Positions 57,954 to 64,000 of a stretch of 64,000 bases of DNA are shown piece after piece (position 1 is the first letter of the stretch; each line of letters starts with the position of its first letter). The notes below the pieces were generated by a model. The model searched no databases. It had not been told where the DNA came from and saw nothing but the letters and a program-made list of their open reading frames with translations. Both the position numbers and the translations under genes were made by a program. Where the stretch lies: positions 19,118-83,117 of the forward strand of contig DASVQD010000030.1 of the NCBI GenBank assembly GCA_036389345.1, written 5' to 3'. The stretch is from Allosphingosinicella sp. (GTDB lineage: Bacteria > Pseudomonadota > Alphaproteobacteria > Sphingomonadales > Sphingomonadaceae).

Positions 57954-58922
57954 ATGATTGGAATGAGAAACCGTATCCTGATGGTGGCTCTGGCCACCGC
58001 CGGAATGACCGTCGGCTACGCGACTCCGGCCGCCGCCCAGGCGACCCGCACCTGGGTGTCGGGAGTCGGCGACGACGTCAATCCGTGCAGCCGCACCGCG
58101 CCCTGCAAGACCTTCGCCGGCGCCATCTCGAAGACCGCCGCGGGCGGCGAGATCAACTGCCTCGATCCCGGCGGCTTCGGCGCCGTGACGATCATAAAGT
58201 CGATCACCATCGACTGCCATTACACCGAGGGCGGAGCGCTTGCCGGCGGCAACGGAATCACCGTCAACATGCCGGCGACGACCGACGTCACCTTCCTTCG
58301 CGGCCTCGACATCTTCGGAGTCAGCCCGCCGTCGAACGGAGTGCGCTTCATCAACAACGGAACGCTGCACATCGAGGACAGCCAGATCCGCCGGTTCAAC
58401 GCGGCGAACAGCGTCGGAGTTTCCGTCGCTCCGACCGGCGCCGCGAAGCTCTACATCACACGCACGACCGTCGCCGAGAACGGCAACGGCAACACCGGCG
58501 GCGGAATCGTGATCGCCCCCGGCGTCGGCGGCAGCGTCCAGGCCGTGCTGACGAACGTTCGGGCCGACAACAACGCCAATGGCGGCCTGCGCGGCGACAG
58601 CACCAACGGAGCGGTCTCGATCGCCATCGATGACAGCTCGTTCTCCGGCAACGGAACGGGGATGGCCATGCTCGGCGGCGCTTCGAACCTTCGCGCCATA
58701 ATCAACGACTCCATCATCGCCAACAATGCCGGTGCCGGAATCGTCAACAGCGGTGCGAATTCGATCCTTCGGGTGGGTGACACCACCATCACCGGCAACG
58801 CCCAGGCCCTCATCATCGCGAGCGGATTGATCCTCAGCTACGGGAACAACCGCATGGACTCGAATCCGACCACCGGCGCGCCCGTCGGCGAGACCTTCAG
58901 CGGGGCTTCCCCGCTCAGGTAA
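57954..58922 (+). CDS. secreted right-handed parallel beta-helix repeat protein
   Basis: The ATG at 57954 has a GGAGG RBS. Signal peptide MIGMRNRILMVALATAGMTVGYATPAAAQA. Repeated G-x-G-I/V-x-N/V turns (NGNGNTGGGIVIA, NNANGGLRGD, NNAGAGIVNSG). Confidence 0.8.
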   Translation: MIGMRNRILMVALATAGMTVGYATPAAAQATRTWVSGVGDDVNPCSRTAPCKTFAGAISKTAAGGEINCLDPGGFGAVTIIKSITIDCHYTEGGALAGGNGITVNMPATTDVTFLRGLDIFGVSPPSNGVRFINNGTLHIEDSQIRRFNAANSVGVSVAPTGAAKLYITRTTVAENGNGNTGGGIVIAPGVGGSVQAVLTNVRADNNANGGLRGDSTNGAVSIAIDDSSFSGNGTGMAMLGGASNLRAIINDSIIANNAGAGIVNSGANSILRVGDTTITGNAQALIIASGLILSYGNNRMDSNPTTGAPVGETFSGASPLR

Positions 58923-58939
58923 GCCGTACTTTCGCAACA

Positions 58940-58974
58940 GGGGCGCGGCTCGATCGAGCCGCGCCCCTTTTTTT
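58940..58974 (+). terminator. intrinsic terminator
   Basis: ggggcgcggctcgatcgagccgcgcccc followed by TTTTTTT. Confidence 0.85.
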
Positions 58975-59229
58975 GCGCTCGAAGCTCAGTCGGACGTTCG
59001 AAGCGGCGGCACCGCGCAAGAGGCTCGGGCGTAGCCCGCCCCCCGGCAGAGTCGGGAAATCACTGATTTGCGCATCGGCGCCGGGGCCGCCGGAAATGGC
59101 GGCGATTGCAGGCCGGCGGTCGCCGGCCGGACCGTCGAGGCGCCGGCGACAACCGAGTGTCGCCGGCGGCTCTCGTCTTAGCGAAACTCGCCGCCGACAA
59201 GCGGCCCGAGCCGATTCCGAAGTCGGGAA

Positions 59230-59364
59230 TTAGGAAAGAATGACGTTGTCGGTGCTGCCGCCGTTCGCGGCTTCGGCCGAGCCGGCCTTCAGCTGGCGAA
59301 GCTCGGGGCGCTGCCAGGCGGCGCGTCCGGCGCGGGTCTCAACCGTCTTTTTCTGATCGTACAT
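59230..59364 (-). CDS. orphan 44-aa ORF with PqqA-like leader spacing (candidate small peptide)
   Basis: MYDQKKTVETRAGRAAWQRPELRQLKAGSAEAANGGSTDNVILS. An AAGGGG RBS lies about 9 nt upstream. The frame is GC3-rich. Not in the ORF track (under 60 aa). Confidence 0.35.
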   Translation of the reverse strand: MYDQKKTVETRAGRAAWQRPELRQLKAGSAEAANGGSTDNVILS

Positions 59365-59473
59365 TGCCAAGCCCCTTGAATTTCGCAGTGTGAATGCGGG
59401 ATCGCCTTACAATAGCTCGGCGCTCGATCCAACCCCCCGTCCGCGACGCCCGGATCACCGTTGCGCCGGCGCA

Positions 59474-61033
59474 TCACTCCCACTCGATCGTTCCCGGCGG
59501 CTTCGAGGTATAATCGTAGACGACCCGGTTGATCCCCTTGACCTCGTTGATGATCCGGGTCGCGACCCGGCTGAGGAAGGCGGAGTCGAACGGGTAGACG
59601 TCGGCGGTCATCCCGTCGGTCGAGGTGACGGCGCGAAGCCCGCAGACGTAATCGTAGGTCCGGCCGTCGCCCATCACTCCGACCGTGCGCACCGGAAGGA
59701 GCACCGCGAAGGCCTGCCAGATCGCATCGTAGAGGCCGGCATTGCGGATCTCGTCGAGATAGACGGCGTCGGCCTTCCGCAGGATGTCGCAGCGCTCCTT
59801 CGTCACCTCGCCCGGGATCCGGATTGCGAGGCCCGGACCGGGGAAAGGATGGCGGGCGACGAAGGCGTCTGGGAGGCCGAGCTCGCGGCCGAGCTCGCGG
59901 ACCTCGTCCTTGAACAGCTCGCGAAGCGGCTCGACCAGCTTCATGTCCATTCGCTCGGGAAGGCCGCCGACATTGTGGTGGCTCTTGATCGTCACCGACG
60001 GCCCGCCGGTGAAGCTGACGCTCTCGATTACGTCCGGGTAGAGCGTGCCCTGGGCGAGGAAGTCGGCGCCGCCGATCTTCTCCGCCTCTGCCTCGAAGAC
60101 ATCGATGAAGGTCTTGCCGATGAACTTGCGCTTGGCCTCCGGGTCGGTGAGCCCGGCGAGGCCGCCGAGGAACAGGTCCTGAGCGTCGACGTGGACCAGC
60201 GGGATGTTGTAATGGCCTCGGAACAGCGAGACGACCTGCTCGGCCTCGCTCTGCCGCATCAGCCCGTGGTCGACGAAGACGCAGGTGAGCTGGTGGCCGA
60301 TCGCCTCGTGGATCAGCACCGCCGCGACCGCGCTGTCGACCCCGCCCGACAGGCCGCAAATCACCCGCCCCTCGCCGACCTGCTCGCGGATCTCGGCGAT
60401 CTTCGTGGCCCGGAACTCGGCCATCGTCCAGTCGCCGCCGAGGCCGCAGACGTTGCGGACGAAATTGGCGATCAGCCTTCCGCCGTCGGGCGTGTGGACG
60501 ACCTCGGGATGGAATTGCAGTCCGTAGAAGCGCCGCTCCTCGTCCGCCGTCGCCGCGAAGGGCGCGCCCGCAGAATGGGCGACGATCCGGAAGCCCGGCG
60601 GAAGGGCGTCGACCTTGTCGCCGTGGCTCATCCAGACCTGGTGCTTCTCGCCCGGCGACCAGAGGCCGTCGAACAGTGCGCAGCCGTCTTCGACCTCGAG
60701 GAAGGCGCGGCCGAACTCGCTGTGATCGCCGGTGACCACCCTGCCGCCCAGCTGCTCGGCCATGAGCTGCTGGCCGTAGCAGATGCCGAGCATCGGAACG
60801 CCCGAGTCGAACAGCGAGGGATCGGCGCGCGGGCTGTCCTCGAGAGTGACGGACGAGGGCCCGCCGGAGAGGATAATCCCCTTCGGCCGGAGCCGCTCGA
60901 AGGCTTCGACGGCGCGGCTGAACGGCGCGATCTCGCTATAGACCCCGGCCTCGCGAACCCGCCGGGCGATAAGCTGGGTCACCTGGCTTCCGAAATCGAC
61001 GATCAGGATGGTTTCGGACGGGTGGATTGTCAT
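59474..61033 (-). CDS. guaA: GMP synthase (glutamine-hydrolyzing)
   Basis: [20 protein letters not shown]...GICYGQQ...[10 protein letters not shown]...[12 protein letters not shown] at 61033. The longer track ORF would translate a REP element. Confidence 0.97.
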   Translation of the reverse strand: MTIHPSETILIVDFGSQVTQLIARRVREAGVYSEIAPFSRAVEAFERLRPKGIILSGGPSSVTLEDSPRADPSLFDSGVPMLGICYGQQLMAEQLGGRVVTGDHSEFGRAFLEVEDGCALFDGLWSPGEKHQVWMSHGDKVDALPPGFRIVAHSAGAPFAATADEERRFYGLQFHPEVVHTPDGGRLIANFVRNVCGLGGDWTMAEFRATKIAEIREQVGEGRVICGLSGGVDSAVAAVLIHEAIGHQLTCVFVDHGLMRQSEAEQVVSLFRGHYNIPLVHVDAQDLFLGGLAGLTDPEAKRKFIGKTFIDVFEAEAEKIGGADFLAQGTLYPDVIESVSFTGGPSVTIKSHHNVGGLPERMDMKLVEPLRELFKDEVRELGRELGLPDAFVARHPFPGPGLAIRIPGEVTKERCDILRKADAVYLDEIRNAGLYDAIWQAFAVLLPVRTVGVMGDGRTYDYVCGLRAVTSTDGMTADVYPFDSAFLSRVATRIINEVKGINRVVYDYTSKPPGTIEWE

Positions 61034-61077
61034 GAAGGCCGATAAGCGCGGCGGCGAGGGCGTGTAAAGGGACTGCA

Positions 61078-61164
61078 CGTCGCCCCAGCGAAGGCTGGGG
61101 CCCCGGCGGGTGAAAGGCGCTGTGTTCTTCACCCGCCGGGGTCCCAGCCTTCGCTGGGACGACG
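61078..61164. repeat. REP-like element, family A
   Basis: cgtcgccccagcgaaggctggggcc ... ggtcccagccttcgctgggacgacg. Confidence 0.9.
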
Positions 61165-61171
61165 GGGGCTC

Positions 61172-61558
61172 TCAAGCCTCGTCGGAGCGGGTCTCGAAGC
61201 TGTAGATCGCGCCTCGGCGGACGGTGCAGGTGAAGGCGGTGCGGTCGCCCTCGAGGGCGCCCTCGACGGTGTAATAGCCCTTGCGCCTTCCGACGTGGAA
61301 GATGTCGGCGACCCGCTCGCCGGTCCGGCTTTCCGCCTCGCTGGAGCAGCTCTCGACCGCGAGGTCCTGCTTGCGGCGCCTGTCCTCCTTGATCGCGGAG
61401 GCGATGGCCGCGATCCCGCCGATGACCACGGCGCCGGCGACGACGTCGCCGGCGTCGACGTCGTCGTGATGATGGTAATGGCGCCGCCGCGCATCGGCCG
61501 GCGAAGCCACCGTTGCGAGCAGGGCCGCGGCGGTGGCGGCGGTGATGAAGTTCCGCAT
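61172..61558 (-). CDS. hypothetical exported protein with a glycine-zipper segment (paralog 1)
   Basis: The ATG at 61558 has a GGGAGGG RBS. Signal peptide, His-rich RRRHYHHHDD stretch, then DAGDVVAGAVVIGGIAAIASAI. The C-terminal two-Cys domain is shared with the next gene. Confidence 0.65.
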   Translation of the reverse strand: MRNFITAATAAALLATVASPADARRRHYHHHDDVDAGDVVAGAVVIGGIAAIASAIKEDRRRKQDLAVESCSSEAESRTGERVADIFHVGRRKGYYTVEGALEGDRTAFTCTVRRGAIYSFETRSDEA

Positions 61559-61621
61559 ATTCCCTCCCTGGGTCTGACCCGGGATCGTTACGGCGACGTT
61601 CCTGACGGGAGGATGAACCCG

Positions 61622-61656
61622 AAAAAAATGCGCGCGGACCCGAGAGTCCGCGCGCA
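61622..61656 (-). terminator. intrinsic terminator of the 61680..62186 gene
   Basis: The minus strand reads tgcgcgcggac-tctcgg-gtccgcgcgca followed by TTTTTTT. Confidence 0.8.
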
Positions 61657-61679
61657 TCCCTTACGCAATCGACCGCGAA

Positions 61680-62186
61680 TTACAGGCGGAAGTCGGTGAT
61701 CCGGCCGTTGCCGCGGGCGACGCAGGTGAAGTCCTCGCGCCCGTAATTGCCGCCGTAAGCGCCGTAGCCGCGGTCATAGCCCCGGCTGTAGCCGCGATCG
61801 TAGCGGTCGTAGCCCCCGCCATAACCGGCCTGGACGATTCCGCGGACCCGGTAGCGGTCGTTCCCGGCGCGATCGACGTCGAGGATCCGGACCTGGCCGC
61901 GGCTCATCCGCTGGGCCTCCTGGGCGCAGGACTGGACGGCGTAATTGTAGCCGCCGCGGTAGCGATTGCCGTAACCATAGCCGTAGCGGCCGTCGTCGCG
62001 TCCGATCGCCGAGGTGATGGCGGCGATTCCGCCGAGGACCGCGATTCCGGTGATGATGTCGCCGGCATCGATTCCGCCGCGGTCGCGGTAACGGTCGCGA
62101 TACTGGGCCTCCGCCGGGGCGGCGAGGCCGAGAGCGGCGACGGCAGCGGCGCCCGCGCCGAGCATGGTCTTCGAAATGGCCTTCAT
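61680..62186 (-). CDS. hypothetical exported protein with a glycine-zipper segment and Tyr/Gly/Arg/Asp-rich tracts (paralog 2)
   Basis: The ATG at 62186 has an AGAGGAG RBS. Signal peptide, then DAGDIITGIAVLGGIAAITSAI. Low-complexity tracts GRYGYGYGNRYRGGYNY and GYGGGYDRYDRGYSRGYDRGYGAYGGNYGR. Shared AV-x-SC...FTC domain. Confidence 0.65.
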   Translation of the reverse strand: MKAISKTMLGAGAAAVAALGLAAPAEAQYRDRYRDRGGIDAGDIITGIAVLGGIAAITSAIGRDDGRYGYGYGNRYRGGYNYAVQSCAQEAQRMSRGQVRILDVDRAGNDRYRVRGIVQAGYGGGYDRYDRGYSRGYDRGYGAYGGNYGREDFTCVARGNGRITDFRL

Positions 62187-62312
62187 GGCATGAACTCCTC
62201 TGGACGTGGGCCCCACAAGAACGCGGGGGCTATGGTCCGCTTCTACAAGAGCCGGTCTGAGTGAGCGCTGAACCGGCTTGTCGGCTGGCGTTCAGCTTTC
62301 CCAGGGGCGCGT

Positions 62313-62352
62313 ACCCGCCGAGACTTCTCGACCGGAGGTCCCGGCTTTCGGG
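62313..62352. repeat. REP-like half element, family A
   Basis: acccgccgagacttctcgaccggaggtcccggctttcggg; compare the internal part of the copies at 8661 and 32412. Confidence 0.65.
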
Positions 62353-62468
62353 TTCCAATCAAAGTACTACTTCGATGAGGTCCCTTCCGAAATGACGGGG
62401 AAGGCGGCGGAACAGGGCTCGGCGAACGCAGTTGAGTGGGTGGCATAAAGACGGGACTGCAGGAGAGC

Positions 62469-63974
62469 ATGATGGCGACTCGCGAGGACAACGGCACCTA
62501 TTGGAACGCGACCGCCAGGGCTCCCGATTTTCCCGCTTTGTCCGGCGACATATCGGTCGACGTGGCGATCATCGGCGGCGGGATCGTCGGAGTGACCACG
62601 GCCCGCCTGCTCAAGGACCGCGGCCTCACCGTCGCCCTCGTCGAGGCCCGTCGGGTCGGCCGCCAGGTGACCGGAAAGTCGACCGCGAAGATGAGCTCGC
62701 AGCACGGCGCCTCGCACTATCAGACGCTCGAGAAGAAGTTCGGCGAGGACAAGGCCCGACTCTACGCGGAGGCCCAGGAGGCCGGGATCCGGAGGATTGC
62801 CGAGCTCGCCGGAAGGCACGGAATCGAGGCCGACATCGAGCCGATGCCGGCCTTCGTCTATACGCGCGACGAAAGCTACGTCTCCCAGCTCGAGAAGGAG
62901 GTCGAGGTCGCCCGTCGGCTCGGGCTTCCGGCGAGCCTGACCCGAGACACCGGCCTCCCCTTCGACGTTCTCCAGGCCATGCGCTGGGAAGACCAGGCCC
63001 AGTTCCACCCGGTCAAATATGTCGCCGGCCTCGCCGCGACCCTTCCGGGCGACGGCTGCCACGTCTTCGAGGACAGCCGGGCGATCGACTACGAGCCGAC
63101 CCGGGTCGTCACCGAGCGCGGCACCGTCAGCGCCCGCCACGTCGTCATGGCCACCCATTTGCCGCTCGGCCAGGTCGGCATGTATTATTCGACCAACCAT
63201 CCCCATGCCGAACCGGTGATCGCCGCGCCGATCGGCCGGGTGCCGCCCGGAATGTACAAGAATGCGGAGGAGCCGGGGCGCTCCATTCGGACCCACAAGG
63301 GCGCCGACGGCAAGGTCTACGCGATCGCCGCCGGCTCTCCCTACAAGCCGGGCGAGACGAAGGACGAGCTCGAATCCCTCGCCGGCGTCGAGCGCTGGCT
63401 GACCGAGAATTTCGGCGCGGGTCCGATCGAATATCGCTGGGTCAACGAGGATTACCAGCCGGTCGACGGGGCGCCCTTCATCGGCTGGTCGTCCAGGTCG
63501 GACGGCTATCTGGTCGCCACCGGATTCGACGCGTGGGGAATCAGCAACGGCACCGTCGCGGCGGAGATCATCGCCGATCTGGCCACCGGCAAGGAAAATC
63601 GCTGGCTCGAAGTGTTCGACGCGACCCGGGTGAAGCCGATCGCCGGCGCGACCGATTTCGTGAAGGAGAATGCCTCGGTCGCAGCGCATCTGGTCGGCGG
63701 CTATCTGAGCGGCAAGGCCAAATCCTACGAAGAGCTGGGGCCCGGCGAAGCGGCGATCCTCAAGATAGACGGCGACAATGTCGCCGCCTTCCGCGACGAG
63801 GGCGGGGCGCTCCACGCGGTGTCGGCCGTGTGCACCCATATGGGCTGCCTGGTCGGCTGGAACGACACCGACCGGACCTGGGACTGCCCGTGCCACGGCT
63901 CGAGGTTCGAGCTGGACGGCGAGGTCATCCACGGCCCGGCGACCAAGCCGCTGGGGTCGAAGATCACCGGTTAG
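62469..63974 (+). CDS. FAD-dependent oxidoreductase fused to a C-terminal Rieske [2Fe-2S] domain
   Basis: The ATG at 62469 has an AGGAG RBS. VAIIGGGIVGVTTA is the dinucleotide-binding motif. C-terminal CTHMGC...CPCHGSRF is the Rieske motif. Confidence 0.85.
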   Translation: MMATREDNGTYWNATARAPDFPALSGDISVDVAIIGGGIVGVTTARLLKDRGLTVALVEARRVGRQVTGKSTAKMSSQHGASHYQTLEKKFGEDKARLYAEAQEAGIRRIAELAGRHGIEADIEPMPAFVYTRDESYVSQLEKEVEVARRLGLPASLTRDTGLPFDVLQAMRWEDQAQFHPVKYVAGLAATLPGDGCHVFEDSRAIDYEPTRVVTERGTVSARHVVMATHLPLGQVGMYYSTNHPHAEPVIAAPIGRVPPGMYKNAEEPGRSIRTHKGADGKVYAIAAGSPYKPGETKDELESLAGVERWLTENFGAGPIEYRWVNEDYQPVDGAPFIGWSSRSDGYLVATGFDAWGISNGTVAAEIIADLATGKENRWLEVFDATRVKPIAGATDFVKENASVAAHLVGGYLSGKAKSYEELGPGEAAILKIDGDNVAAFRDEGGALHAVSAVCTHMGCLVGWNDTDRTWDCPCHGSRFELDGEVIHGPATKPLGSKITG

Positions 63975-64000
63975 CCGTCATCCCGGCGAGAGCCGGGATG
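63975..64000. repeat. REP-like element, family A, cut by the window edge
   Basis: gccgtcatcccggcgagagccgggatg. Confidence 0.7.

Noticed and set aside
58975-59229. Additional genes in the GC-rich 250 bp after the beta-helix terminator, including the 86-aa + ORF 58973..59233 and the hairpin cgccggcgaca-accgag-tgtcgccggcg at 59143-59170
   Set aside because: The ORF is Arg/Pro/Gly-rich with no RBS. The hairpin has no adjoining U-tract on either strand. Nothing here can be supported beyond the presence of secondary structure.
59230-59364. Lasso-peptide precursor interpretation of the 44-aa ORF
   Set aside because: A core starting at GGSTDNVILS would be only 10 residues with Asp at position 5. 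There is no Thr at the -2 position and no lasso cyclase or protease genes nearby.

Overview
This window is a high-GC (about 65-70%) chromosomal core region. Gene order and repeat content suggest an alphaproteobacterium, probably a sphingomonad; that assignment is inference only. Nearly all long ORFs in the track that lie antisense to the genes called here are GC-driven shadow ORFs.

Real content, left to right:
- The glnE 5' end, read by hand on the minus strand.
- A complete general-stress-response (GSR) locus: an EcfG-type ECF sigma factor, PhyR, NepR, a HisKA_2 kinase, a second NepR-like ORF, and several GGAAC-N16-CGTT promoters.
- An entericidin-like lipoprotein and a REC/EAL pair.
- tatCBA, scpBA, nagZ, a SPOR-domain gene, argS and a dgt-like gene.
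- A full dcw cell-division and cell-wall cluster, mraZ through ftsZ.
- purL, bfd-bfr, the der-bamB-yfgM-like block, panB and guaA.
- A few accessory or hypothetical genes.

No rRNA, tRNA, CRISPR array, transposase or prophage genes were seen. The window holds about 30 short palindromic REP/MITE-like elements in at least four families.

Points worth a second look:
1. A consensus EcfG promoter followed by a roughly 100-nt unit with two C-rich hairpin loops and a terminator, a candidate GSR-dependent sRNA.
2. A small membrane ORF sitting where nepR normally precedes ecfG, plus a second NepR-like ORF.
3. A REP-like palindrome lying in frame inside murD, and other repeats wedged between otherwise overlapping dcw genes.
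4. A signal-less phosphoesterase (phospholipase C/AcpA family) with an unrecognised N-terminal domain, inserted between argS and dgt.
5. A REC/EAL pair that looks like a split or frameshifted RocR-type protein.
6. An orphan 44-aa ORF with PqqA-like leader spacing.

All calls come from reading the sequence and the ORF translations. No database search was run.
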